A stretch of 64,000 nucleotides of DNA from Cycas panzhihuaensis (taxonomy: Eukaryota > Plantae > Cycadophyta). The stretch's first letter is position 1, and each line of letters opens with the position of its first letter. The position numbers were made by a program, and so were the translations under genes. Location: the NCBI GenBank assembly GCA_023213395.1, contig CM041465.1, forward strand, positions 88,047,741 to 88,111,740, given 5' to 3'. Below the pieces are notes generated by a model. It had not been told where the DNA came from. It ran no database searches and saw only the letters and a program-made list of their open reading frames with translations. This document shows positions 13,289 to 26,300 of the stretch, piece after piece.

Positions 13289-16227
13289 ATGAGGGTCTTA
13301 TCCTGGAATGTTAGGGGCTTGAATGCCCCCTCCAAGCAGAGAATTGTCAAGGATCTGAGACTTAGAATGGGAGCGAGCATTGTATTATTGTAGGAAATGA
13401 AACTTAAGAAGGCAAAGGAGGTAGAGGTGAAAAATAAGATTTAGAGGAAGGACAAAATGCTGGCCAAAGATGGTTCTTTGGGCTCGGGTGGTATGGCTAT
13501 TTTTTGGGATCCAAGTCTATGGCAGGGGTATGGGGTGACCTAAGAAGATCACTTCATGATAGTCTACTTTTCATGTAGAAAGACAAACACTCAGTGGTGG
13601 GTCACTAATATTTATGCTCCCACATCAATGGAGGGTAGAAAGATCTTGTGGGATAGGATCATGGATGTCCACAAAGATTGGAAAGGCCCCTGGCCAGTGG
13701 GGGGGATTTAAACTTGGCTTTTTACTTAGGGGAAAAGAAAGGAGGTCAAGAGGGATGGTCCAGGAGTATGTCCAACCTGGGAGACTTCCTACAAAGTGGA
13801 GGGCTAATGGATATCCCACTTAGAGGGGCCATGTATACTTGGTCAAATAGGAGATTGGGGAGAAATCACATCCAGATAAAGTTAGATAGGATGATGACCA
13901 ATTATGAATAGATGAGTCTCCATGTAGACATCAAGTTAGAGGCACTTCTGAAGATGGCCTCTGATCATTCCCCCCTAATGTTAGAGTTTAATAATCCTGG
14001 TATTCACCATGGGGCTCCCTTTCATTTTGAACTTATGTGGTTGAAACATCATGATCTTAGAGATCAGGTTAAGGAATGGTGGAGTATCCCTGTGGTGGGG
14101 CATGCCATATTTAAATTCTCTAAGAAGCTGAATTGGATCAAGAGATAAATTAAAGTTTGAAACAAAGAGGTTTTCGATAACATTTTTTAGGCCAAAGGAA
14201 GACTGTTGGAGGAGCTAGATATGGTTGAGGGGAGGATCCAGGAGGAAGGTAGGTCCACCTCTCTGGATCAGTTGGAATGCACGACTACAAAAAACTTAGA
14301 AGATGTGTTGGCTAAGGAGGAAGTTCATTGGAAGCAAAAATCTAGAGTGCTCTAGCTTTCAGAGGGAGATAGAAATACTAAGTTTTTTCATATGTTTACG
14401 ATGAACTGTAATAGAATAAATAAGCTATGTAGTAGGGAGGGTACCACTTATGATATGGTAGAATAAATCAGAGGCATAGTAGTGGACTATTTCAAGGAGT
14501 TATTCAAAGAATCTAGATGCCAAGACCCAGATCTAAGAGACAACCTCTTAAGATTTATCCCAAGGTTGAGCAATAAGGACCAAAACAGAAGGCTGATGGA
14601 ACCCTTTACTCTAGAGGAAATGGAGAAAGTAATCTTCAACATGGGTCATGATAAAGCTCCAGGGCTAGATGGTTTTCCCCTGGGCTTTTTCTAGGAATTT
14701 TGGTATATAATCAAGGATGATTTAAAATTGTCCCTAAATGAATTCTTTGAGAAGAAAACAATTCTAAAGGAGTGGCAGGCTACCTTTTTGGTGTTGGTTC
14801 CTAAGAAGGAAGGAGCGAAAGTCATGAAGGACTTTAGATCGATAAGTTTATGCAACATAAAATACAAAATCTTGGCGAAAATGTTGGTGAATAGACTCAA
14901 GGAATGCTTGATGATTATCATATCCCCAAACCAGGATGATTTTGTAAAGGGAAGATAAATTATGGATAGCATAATCGTGGTTCACGAGATGGTTCATTCG
15001 GTTTACCATAGGAAAGAAGAGGGCATGATTGTGAAAACTGACATGTCCAAAGCTTATGACCAGGTGTCCTAGGACTGTTTACTCGATTGTCTCCAGGCTT
15101 TTGGTTTTGGGGAGATATGGAAGAATTAGATGAGGTGTTACATCTCCAATCCTTCGTTCTCTATATTGATAAACGGAACGTCAACCCCTTCTTTCCTTGG
15201 CTTCAGAGGTCTTAGGTAAGGGGATCCTTTATCCCCCTACTTGTTTATCATTATGGCAGAAATATTAGGGAGGGCTACTGAGGAGGCCAGAAGGATAGAC
15301 TAGGTGTCTAGGCTAAGGCCTTCTTCTAACTTGAAAAATATTATTCACCACCAGTTTGTTGATGATAACATCTTTTTAGGTAAGGCATCCCTAGGGGAAG
15401 ATAGGGCTTTGAAGATGGGGCTCCATGCTTATGAGAGCGCTAGAAACCAAATAATTAATCTGGAGAAGGGCTTTATCTTTTTTATTAATACCCCTAAGAG
15501 ACTTCAGAGGAGGATTAGCGGGGAATTGGAGATTCACATCAGATCCCTCTCGACCACTTACTTAGGGATGCCCCTTTTTGTAGGAAATATGAGCAAGGAT
15601 TTCTAGAATCCTATTGTGGACAGGATCCAGAGGAAGTTGGATAGATGGAAAGGATCTCTCCTTAGCTTGGTGGGTAAAATCCAGTTGGTGACAACCTTAT
15701 TACAAAGTATTTCAGTTTATATGATGTTAATCTTCAAGGTACCTAGTAAGGTCATTTCAATCTTAGAAGGCATCTAGAAGAGATTCCTCTAGTCTGGAAC
15801 TAAGGACAAGAATAGAATCCATCTGGTCTCTTAAGAGAAGCTGTATAGGCCCAGGTGGGAAGGGGGGCTTAATATAAGAAGACTGGGGCCCTTTAATAGA
15901 GCACTAATGGCTAAATTTGGCTGGAGATTGGTGAAGAATGATGGGTCCCAATGGGGAAATATCATAGCCAAAAAGTACATGGGGGGCAGGCACTTCTTGA
16001 AAGATGAGGTGGGGGTGTCTCTGGTTCTCCCATTTGGAAAGGTCTCCTTCACTTGAGGAACATCCTAATTAATGGCTTGAGATGGAAGTTGGGGAATGGG
16101 GAAAACATTAGATTTTGGGAGGAAAAATGGTGTGGCAGCTTTAAATTAAAAGATATACCTACCATTGGTAACTTACAGGATGTTTGTGAGGAAACCTTTG
16201 GCTCACTAGTTAAGGACTACTGGGAGG
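13289..16227 (+). pseudogene. LINE-a ORF2, 5' part (AP endonuclease and RT)
   Basis: MRVLSWNVRGLN, GGDLN, YTWSN, LDR, SDHSP, EGDRNTKFFH, KAPGLDGF, FRSISLCN, GLR*GDPLSPYLF, QFVDD, YLGMPL. Confidence 0.93.
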
Positions 16228-16872
16228 TGTTGGATATTGTGGCAATAATATTTTGGGGTTAAAATTTTGGTGTGTTTTCGGCGCGGTTTCCCCCCCTAAT
16301 CTTTCTCAGGGGGTTCCAAGTGGGGCGGGAGCCCCCCTTGGCCAGGGGGTGTGGGGGTGTGGAATGCCCCTCGCTAAGAGGGGGTTCGAGGGCGATAGCC
16401 CCCAACCTGAAAAATTAGCCCTGTAAACCTTATCAAATTATAAAGAGAATTAGGGTCATTCGATACAAATACCCTAGATTCTATGACTGAGATTTATCCC
16501 TTTGGATGTCCCTCTCATGTAGCCTGTTTTAGGGATTTTCTTATGATGTTGTATATAATGTAATGTACTGTGATGAGGGTGGCACCTGGTTGTTGTTCCA
16601 GAGAGTACTCTTCTACTGAGATGTACTGTTTCTCCATTCTACAGCAATAAAGATCGATACCTCTCCTGTGTGGATGTTTCCCTAGCACACTGCTAGGGTT
16701 TTACCACGTTATATTGGGTGCATATGTGATGTTTATCTTGTATATTGATGTTGTTGTATTATCTCTGATTTTAGAACTTGCATATTAAATCTTAGTTTCG
16801 ATTCCTGTGACTAGTTACAAAATAGTTTAGATCTTGTGGTTGTTTAAGGTTTAGGACCTTGTATTCTCAATA
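16228..16872 (+). repeat. 5' LTR of copia C (645 bp)
   Basis: Highly similar to 20868-21497; termini tgttgga...ctcaata. Confidence 0.95.
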
Positions 16873-16957
16873 AGTGGTGCTAAGTTCCTTAATATCAGAG
16901 CCACTTTTATTTTATAGCAAGTTTGTAAAGGTTTTGGTGTCAGCTTTTCTACACCAA

Positions 16958-19900
16958 ATGGCGAAACTAGTAGGTGCAAAGTTTGAGGTGGAGAAATTCA
17001 ATGGCAAGAACAACTTCGAGTTGTAGAAGCTAAAAGCACATGATGTTCTTGTACAGTAGGGTTTGTACAAAGACCTTATAGGAAAATCAAAGAAACTCGT
17101 AGGGATGGACGATGATGATTGGGATGACTTAGATAAAAAGGCACTTAGCACAATACGATTGTGCTTAGTAGATAAAGTCTTGTTTAACATCGTAGGAGAA
17201 GAGACAGCAGTAGGGTTATGGACCCAGTTGGAAGGCCTGTATATGACTAAATCAGTAACAAATCAAATCTACCTGAAGAGGCAACTGTACTCGTTACGGA
17301 TGAAGGAAGGTACAAAAATTGCTGACCATTTAAATATTTTCAATACTCTTATTTGCCAGTTGACTAGTATCGATATTAAAATTGAGGATGAGGACAAGGT
17401 TGTTACCTTGTTATGCTCATTGCTCGAATCCTGGGATAATATTGTCACCTCAATTAGTTTTAGCACTACAGATGTATTGGATTATGATTCTGTTGTGAGT
17501 GCTTTTATAATGGAAGAAGTGTGGAGGAAATATAGTTTTGAAACCTCCACACCAGAAGCCATGACAGTAAGAGGTAGAACATTTGAGAGAGGACAAAACT
17601 CCAAGGATACATCGAGGTCCAAGTCAAAGAGCAAAAAGAGTAAGCTCAAGTGTTGGCATTGTAATAAGACCAATCATCTTAAGAAGGATTGTTACAAAAA
17701 GAAGGAGTTCTAGAAAAAGGAAGATCCTACTAAGGAGGCGAATCAGGTGGAGTCAAATCAAGATATAGATGATGATATCTTGGTCGCTTATAATGTTTCT
17801 CATTATCACCATGACTGGTTATTAGATTTAGGTGCTTCGCACATGTGTCCACACAAGAGTTGGTTTTCATCATACCAACCTCTTGATGGTGGTGATGTGC
17901 TTATGGGAAATGAAGTTTCTTGTAAGACAGTGGGCATTGGTAGAATCAGAATTAAGATGTTCGATGGGGTAATCAAAACATTAACTAAGGTTAAACATGT
18001 ACCTAATTTAAAAAGGAATCTGATTTCCTTGGGTGAATTAGATTCGGGTGGTTTTAAGTATGCAAGTCATGAAGGAGTCCTAAAGGTATCAAAGGGCACA
18101 TTGGTTGTTATGAAATCCTTAAAGAAAGGAAATCTTTACATTTTAGTGGGAAGTATAAATGTCATCCAAGTAGCTACAACATCAAAGACTGCAAAAGATC
18201 TAGCTCAGTTATGGCATCAGAGACTTGGGCACATGAGTGAGAAAGGACTTAAGGTGCTGATAAACTGTAAGTTGCTTCCTAACTTATAGCTTTCATATTT
18301 GGGTTTTTGTAAACATTGTATTTTTGGAAAGTAGTATAGACTCAGGTTTAAAGTAGGGAGTCACACTAGTAAAGGTGTTCTAGATTACATACATTCAGAT
18401 GTATGGGGACCAGCCCCTAAAATATCTTGTGGAGGATCATTGTATTATGTAACATTTATAGATGATTACTCCAGGAAGGTATGGGTCTATTTTTTGAAAA
18501 GGAAATCTGAAGTTTTCAGTGTGTTTAAGCAGTTCAAGGCTTTAGTTGAGAACAGTACTGGTAAGACAATCAAATGTTTAAGAGCTAACAATGGAGGTGA
18601 GTTCAACTCCTTGGAGTTTAAGAACTATTACAGAGAAGCTGGGATCGAAAGACACAAGACCACTAGTTATACTCCACAGTAAAATGGCATTGCTAAGCAC
18701 ATGAATAGGACACTCTTGGAAAGAGCAAGAAGCATGTTAAGTAATGCAGGAGTGGAGCAGGGCTTATGGGCAGAAGTTGTTCACACAACTTGCTATCTAG
18801 TAAATAGGTCACCATCACTTGTAATAGATTGCAAGATTCCTGAAGAGGTATGGACTGGACATCCATGTGATTATTCAAATTTAAAAGTTTTTGGTTGTGA
18901 TGCTTATGCCTGGACTGACAAAAGTAAATGTTCAAAGTTACACCCAAAATCCAAGAGATATATCTTTGTTGGTTATAGTGATAAGGATGGTGTGAAGGGA
19001 TACAGGTTGTGGGATCCTACTATCTACAAAATCACCATTAACAGAGATGTCATATTTGATGAATCTCCCTTTATAAAATTAGACAGTGTAGAAGCTGAAA
19101 TGAAACATGAGTAGCAAGATGAACATCAACAAGTCAAGTTTGAAATGCAGCCATCTTTGGAATCAGAAGAGTATGAAGATCTTTCTAAAGATGAATCAAC
19201 AGTAGATTCACAAGAGTATGTGGACACTCCTCTACCAACAGTTAGAAGATCTACATGAGTTAGTCATCCACCTGATAGGTACAGCCTTTTTATTTCTATT
19301 ACTTTGGTTTCTAATGATGGTGAGCCCACATGTTATCAGGAAGTAGTAGATGATATCCATGGAGAGAAGTGGATAAGGGATATGCAGGAAGAGATAGATG
19401 CTTTGAAGAAAACTAATTCATGGGACTTGGTAGAACTTCCATATAGTAGAAAGATTGTTGGTTGTAGATGGGTTTTCAAAAAGAAAATAGATGTTGATGG
19501 AAAGGTTGATAAACACAAGGCAAGACTGGTGGCTAAAGGTTTTGAATAGAAAGCAGGTATTGACTTTCATGAGATCTTTTCACCAGTTGTCAAACTTGTT
19601 TCAATTCGAGTGTTGTTAGCATTGGTAGCTTCTCTCGATTTGGAATTGGAGCAATTAGATGTAAAAATAACTTTTCTATATGGAGATTTAGATGAGGAGA
19701 TCTATATGGATCAACCAGAAGGGTTTGTGCAAGATGGTAAGAAAAGACTTGTTTGCAGGCTTAGGAAATCATTGTATGGCTTGAAGAAATTGCCCATGCA
19801 GTGGTACAAGAAGTTTGATGCCTTCATGGAGAGCCAAATTTTCAAAAGAAGTGAGTATGATCATTATGTTTACTTTAAATTTATGAACAATGGCTTATTC

Positions 19901-20850
19901 TTTATCTTGGTATTATATGCTAATGACATATTGGTTGCAAGCAAGAGCATGGAAGAAATCAATAAGCTAAAGGCTCAATTGGCTAGGACTTTTGATATGA
20001 AGGATATAGGAGCTGCAAAACAAATCTTAGGCATGGAGATACACATAGACAAGAAAAATGGTAAGCTATAGTTATCACAACAGAAATATGTAGAGAAGGT
20101 GCTAACCAGGTTTGGTATGGCAAATGTGAAACCAATGAGTATCCCATTGGCTTCCCACTTCAAGCATTCTTCGAATATGAGTCCTAGTAGTGAAGAAGAA
20201 AATACTTATATGTCTCGTGTACCTTATGCCAGTGTAGTAGGAAGTTTGATGTATGCCATGGTATGTACAAGACCTGATATTTCACATGCAGCCAGTGTAG
20301 TGAGCAGGTTTATGGCAAATCCAAGAAAGGAACATTGGGCTACAGTGAAATGGGTGCTTCAGTATTTGAGAGACACGAGTGACTATTGCATCGTCTTTGG
20401 AGGTACAGAAAATCAGGTTTTTGGATATGTCAATTCATACTTTACAGGAGATTTAGACAAAATAAGGTCTACTTCATATTATGTTTTTACTCTTGCAAAT
20501 GGTCCAATTAGTTGGATGTCCAAATTGCAGAGCACAATTGCACTGTCAACCACAGAAGTTGAATATGTTACTGCAACACATGCTTGTAAAAAGGAAATCT
20601 AGTTACAGGGTCTATTGGTTGAGCTTGGAAGGAGATAGGAAAATGTAAAGGTATTTTGTGACAGTCAAAGTGCCATTTACTTAGCCAAGAATCCAACTTA
20701 TCACAGTAGAACAAAGCATATTGCTCTGAAGTACCATTTTGTTAGATAGGTTGTGGAAGTAGGTGGAGTGGCACTTGAGAAGATTCATACCAATCAGAAT
20801 TATGCTGATATATTCACAAAATTAGTACCAGGAAAGGTACTAGGTAAATT
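16958..20850 (+). pseudogene. gag-pol: Copia C gag-pol (Tnt1-like), one reading frame broken by about 13 premature stops
   Basis: MAKLVGAKFEVEKFNGKNNF, zinc knuckle CWHCNKTNHLKKDC, protease WLLDLGASH, LWHQRLGHMSE, integrase FIDDYSRKVWVY, RT ARLVAKGF/QLDVK/TRPDI, RNase H. All track ORFs from 17063 to 20602 share the frame of 16958. Confidence 0.96.
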
Positions 20851-20867
20851 GTTGTCAAGGTGGAGAT

Positions 20868-21497
20868 TATTGGATATTGTGACAACAATATTTTGGGGTT
20901 AAAATTTTGGTGTGTTTTTTGTGCAGTTTCCCCCCCTAATCTTTCTCAGGGGGTTCCAAGTGAGCCCCTCTTGGTCAAAGGGTGTAGAAGGCCCCCCATT
21001 AAGAGGGGGTTCGGGGGTGATAGTCCCCAACCCAAAAAATTAGCCCTGTAAACCTTATCAAATTGTAAAGAGAATTAGGGTTGTTCAATACAAATACCCT
21101 ATATTCTATAGCTAAGATTTATCCCTTTAGATGTCCCTCTCATGTAGCCCATTTTAGGGTTTTTTTTATGATGTTGTATGTAATGTAATGTACTATGATG
21201 AGGGTGGCACCTGGTTATTATTCCAGAGAGCACTATGCTACTGAGATGTACTGTTTCTCCATTCTATAGCAATAAAGACCGATACCTTTCCTGTGTGGAT
21301 GTTTCCCTAGACAATGCTAGGGTTTTACCACATTACATCAGGTGCATATGTGATGTTTAGCTTGTATATTGATGTTGTTTGTATTATCTATGATTTTAGA
21401 ATGTGTATGTTAAATCTTAGTTTCGATTCATGTAACTAGTTACAAAATAGTTTATATCTTGTGGCTGTTTAAGGTTTAGGACCTTGTATTCTCAATA
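20868..21497 (+). repeat. 3' LTR of copia C (630 bp)
   Basis: Follows the PPT, matches the 5' LTR, followed by TSD ggagg. Confidence 0.95.
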
Positions 21498-21502
21498 GGA
21501 GG

Positions 21503-22740
21503 GTTAAGGAAAAGATAGGAAATGGAGATCTTGTAATGAGTTACAAGGCCAGGATGAGGAGACTCAGGCCCTCAAGGACAAATTGAACCGTCAGTACATC
21601 CCTAAAATCCATATGACAGACACTTTAATTTGGTCGCTATCCCTCTCTAGGTCGTACTCTGTGAAGGAGGGATATAAATCTTCTTGTATGGAGGAGGGTT
21701 TGGTCAAGAATGCTTTGCTAGCTAGGGTATAGAAGTTGAGGCTCCTCCCAAAGGTGGTAATTTTCTAGTGGCTATTCTTGTAGAATACGATTCTGACAAT
21801 TAATAATTTTCATAAATGCGCATTTATCATGCCAAATAGATGTGTGTTCTGTAGGAAGGATGAGGAGTCTTTAGACCATATCAGCATTTACTGCCCCTTC
21901 TCCAAGGGTATATGGGCCTGTTTATGGGCCTATCTAGGGCTAGATTGGGTGGCCCCGAGGACCCTATTAGAGTAGTGGATGATGTGGAAATCTCCCTATA
22001 GGAGTAAGATGCTAGGATTGTTATGAAAATTAATTATTTCGATTGGGGTCTGGAATATCTGGAAGGAGCGTAATAGGAGGATCTTCCGAGGGAAAGACTT
22101 AGATGAGTAGAGGCTCTATGACATGATCTGAGGGGCAACCTTAGAAATGCTTAAACTTTTGGAAGAGGATAAGATCCTGAGGGAGGAAAGAAAGATCATG
22201 GAGGGTTGGGGGATTAGATTCCTGATAGGTATAGGAGTGAAAAGGAGGGAGTGTTATTAGAGCCCACCTAGTGAGTATTGGGTGAAAATTAATTTTGATG
22301 GGGTATCTAAAGGAAACCCTAGTGAGGCAGGAGGGGGGTGTCTATGTAGACACCATGATAGGACAGTAAGTTGGGCCTTTGTAGAATATTATGGCCATGA
22401 GATAAATCACATAGCATAACTTAAGGCTATGCAGAAAGTGATAGCAATGGTGGATGAGGATGACCATGATAAGGTGATAATGGAACAAGACTCCCTAAAT
22501 TTGATCAGGTTCCTCAAGGGGGAGACAGAGGCTGATTGGCATAATGTGGATATGGCGAGGGGCACTAAGGAGATCCTAAGATCCAAGCAGAGTATTCCAA
22601 TCCAGCACATGTATAGAGAAGGAAATGCCACAATAGTTTGGCTTACCAACTGGGCAGTTTTAAATAAAGGAAATTGGGTTTGGAGAGAGAACTCTCTAGA
22701 GGAGCTCCTGAGTTTAATTAGATTGGATGTGTTAGCCTAG
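21503..22740 (+). pseudogene. LINE-a ORF2, 3' part (zf-RVT and RNase H-like domain)
   Basis: YSVKEGY, PNRCVFCRKDEESLDHISIYC, WNIWKERNRRIF, VKINFDGVSKGNP, IMEQDS, HMYREGN. Confidence 0.9.
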
Positions 22741-23317
22741 AAAGGGGAGAGTTAATGGATGCTTTGTATGTGTATGTAGAGTGGGTCTAGTTTGGCTAGG
22801 CCATGGGCATGTCATGGCCATTTGTGTTTTATAGCCGAAAGGCAGATGATGTAAAAGGTTTGGGGCCCTATTAAAACCCCTTCTAATTTTTTTACCATAT
22901 CAAAAAAGTGTAATTAAAATGACATTAATTTAGTGAAAAATAAAGATGCAGATGCATTTTATAAACAAATTGTAATTATTTTGAAATTATATTTTTAAGC
23001 ATATATATTAAAAATTAAATTAAATCCAAAATAAATTTACATAAATTATAAACTTATTTATAGCAAATAGCATAAAAATAATGGTTAAATTAATTATAGA
23101 TAAATTAAGTAAATTTATTAAAAAATTGGTGATAAAATAATGTAATTTTTTTTTTATAAGGTCTAAATAAATTTTTTTTTTATAAGGTCTAAATAAATGG
23201 GGATTAAAAGGGGACCCCAACCCCTATACACAGTCTGCCAATATGGTACCATAGATCGGTCGTGACAAGCCCATGACCTCACTAAACAAAAAATTACATG
23301 CTAATCTTTGATGAATC

Positions 23318-26300
23318 TCAGCCTTCAACATTCTTTCTAGCTAGACCCACGATCTCTTTGGGAAACTCTATCTTCCAAACCTCAAATCTTCTAGATTGTA
23401 CCCCCCAGTTGGCCAACCTATCAGTAACCTTGTTCCCTTCCTTGTAAATGTGACACACCTGATAGTCTCTACTTTGAAGTACCAATTTCACATCATTGAT
23501 CATGGCACGATGCTGCTAATCTGACTCTACTTCCCCACTAATCAATTTAACCATATCTATTGAGTCTCCTTCCACTATAATTCTTGAGTATCCCTCTCTG
23601 AAGACAAGGTCCACATCTTTACACATTACTTTAATTTCTACCTTGTGGTTAGTCTAGATGCCATAGTAATCTACAAAGGCCCAAATTATCTTCCCCTCTT
23701 TATTTCTATAGATCTTACCTCCCCCAGCCTCACCGGAATTACCTTTGGAAGCCCCATCAAAGTTGACCTTTACCCAATCTTGTGGCGAGGGTCTTTAAAG
23801 CCCTTGCCTCGCCAGCATAGGCTTTACTTTAAAGTTCTTAATGCCCCAATTAGCAAGGACTTTTCTTTCATTGGGGGAGATAGTGACTTCCTATACTCCC
23901 TTGAGGTTCTCGTTCACGGTCACCAAGATGATCCCGAAGAGTCTTTGTTTATTCATTCTCCTATTTTGAAATATATGCTTATTCCTCTCTTTCCATATGC
24001 TCCACGCTAGCGTGGGTAAAGAAGGAGTCCACAAGGATCTCATAGTATTACTTCTAAAGGGGCAGACCCAAGCCACAACAAGATTCATAACCAAATCTGA
24101 GAGAATCCAATAAACCCTAAAGGCACTCCATAGCTTCGCTCACACCTCTCTAGTATAAGAACAGTGCAGGAAAAGATGATCCATAGAATCCTCCTCTTGT
24201 AGATAGAGGATACATCTATTAGCCAGGGAGAAACCTCTCTTCCTTAAGTTGTCAAGAGTAAGAATCTTATTCTTCAAACTCAGCCACAAAAAAATGGTAA
24301 TCATTAGGAGAAACCCCATGTTCCACACTCTGCCCATGAGCTTATTTTCAGAAAGGCCTCTTTTTGAAATTAAAGCAAGATAACTGGATTTGACCGTATA
24401 GATCCATGTCTTGGACCCTGGCTAAACTAAGGCATCCTCCTTTGGAAATCTGGGAACATACATCTTATTAAGCTCATTTTTAAGAGCAGTGATCTATTGC
24501 TCACGGTCTAGGGCGTGGGGGATTTCACCAAAATTTCTCCATGTTATCTCTTCTTCCCAGAAATCCAAAAAATCAGCCACTTCTATTCCATAGAGACTCA
24601 CATAATTTGCTTGCACAGAAGCAAAAGTAGGCCTACTCGATAGTTGGGTTTTGCCACACCGAGTATCCTTCCAGAAATCAATAGATTTCCCATCGCCCAA
24701 ACATCACTAGGCCTCGAAATCCAACATCTCCCTCATGCCTAGCAGATTCCTCCAGATACCTGAACCTTGGATACCGAGGAAAGTGAGCTTCAAAAATTGA
24801 TTACCCCTAAGGTAGTTCCTGGCCACTATCTTGCACCAAAGCCTCTCCTCCTTAATGGTTAGGCTCCACCCTAGTTTGGCTATTAGGGCCTTATTAAAAC
24901 TTGTCACGTCCTTAATGTTTAGGCCCCCCACCCACTTAGGGCAGTAAACTTTCTCCCAAGACACCAAATGAATTCTCTGCCTATCTTTACACCTATACCA
25001 AAAGAACCTTTTTTGGATAGACTCTGAGGCCTTTACCACCTTCCCAGGGCACCTAAATAGGGACATCATATATGTAGGGATACTTTGGAGAGATGCCAGC
25101 AATAATTAAAGTTTACCTACCTGACTTAATAGGGGCCCTTTCCAGCCAGCCAGTTTCCTTTGGACCCAACTAATGATTGGGTTTAATAAGTCCTTCTGCA
25201 TCCTGTCTACAAATAGGGGCATACCTAGGTACCAGGTTGGGAGAGCCCTAATAGGCATCTCCAGAATCTTGCTTATAACCCTTTGCATCATAATCAAAGT
25301 GTTCATAATGAAAATACTACTCTTCTCTAGGTTTACCTTCTAATTTGTAGTAATCTAAAATTTCTTTAGTTGGCCTTTAATAGACTTAGCTTCCTTTATG
25401 GAAGCCTTACTCAAGAAAATATTATCATCTACAAATTACCTGTGGACGATATTATCGACCCCCGAAGTGGGCTTTAGCCCAACTATCTTCTTGGATCTCC
25501 TCACTTCCTCCATGGACCTACTTAGTAATTCAGCTAGGATTAAATTCAAATAGGGGGCCAGAGGGTCCCTTTATCTAAGACCTCTCAATCTTGGGAAGAA
25601 ATTTGTAGATGACCCATTTAGAATGACTGAAAAGCTGGGCTTGGAGACACAACTCTCAATCTATTTCCTCTAGGAATCCCTAAAACCAAAGGCACTAATA
25701 CAATCAAGTAGACAGCCCCATGAGACCCAATCATAGGCCTTGGAGAGATCGATCTTAACAATCATACCTTGGTCTTTCCTATGAGAAGTTAAATGTGTCA
25801 TCTCATGAACCACTATGATACCATCAAGAATCTGTCTACCCTTGATGAAACCATCTTGGTTAGAACTTATGATGAAAGGAAGAATTTCCTTTAGCCTATT
25901 GGCCAAAATCTTAGCTAAAATTTTATACTTCACATTACAAAGGCTGATGGGCCTAAAATCTTCCATTTTTTTTTTCATCATCTTTCTTAGGGATTAACAC
26001 TAGGAAGGTAGCTTGCCACTCCCTGTAGATTCTATCGTTTTCAAAAAACTCCTTCACAGCCTCAAGGAAATCATCTTTAATAATATCCCAATACTCCTAA
26101 TAAAACCCCAGAGGAAAACCATCAGGACCTGGGGCTTTCTCGCTCTTCATACCAAACATTACTTTTTGCACCTCATCTAATGAGAAGGGGGCCTCCATAG
26201 CCTTATTGATGATAGAACCCATCTTTTTGGGTATCATGGCTAATGCTTCCCTTCTGACCTCCTCATCTAGGCATCCCGACTTATTATATAGATCCATGAA

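Larger units (their letters stand above)
16228..21497 (+). mobile_element. Ty1/copia LTR retrotransposon (copia C), structurally complete, inserted in LINE-a ORF2
   Basis: LTRs 16228-16872 and 20868-21497. Perfect TSD ggagg (16223-16227 / 21498-21502). PPT aaggtggaga before 20868. Single-frame gag-pol. Confidence 0.96.
11353..22905 (+). mobile_element. Full-length L1-clade LINE with RNase H (LINE-a), interrupted by copia C
   Basis: 14-bp TSD aagtgtaattaaaa (11339-11352 / 22906-22919), short A tail, ORF1 and ORF2 with EN, RT, zf-RVT and RNase H. Confidence 0.93.

Noticed and set aside
23645-24010. 121-aa ORF and similar opposite-strand ORFs (e.g. 14691-14972, 16912-17190, 60948-61262)
   Set aside because: They are shadows of LINE or copia coding regions, or of tandem repeats.
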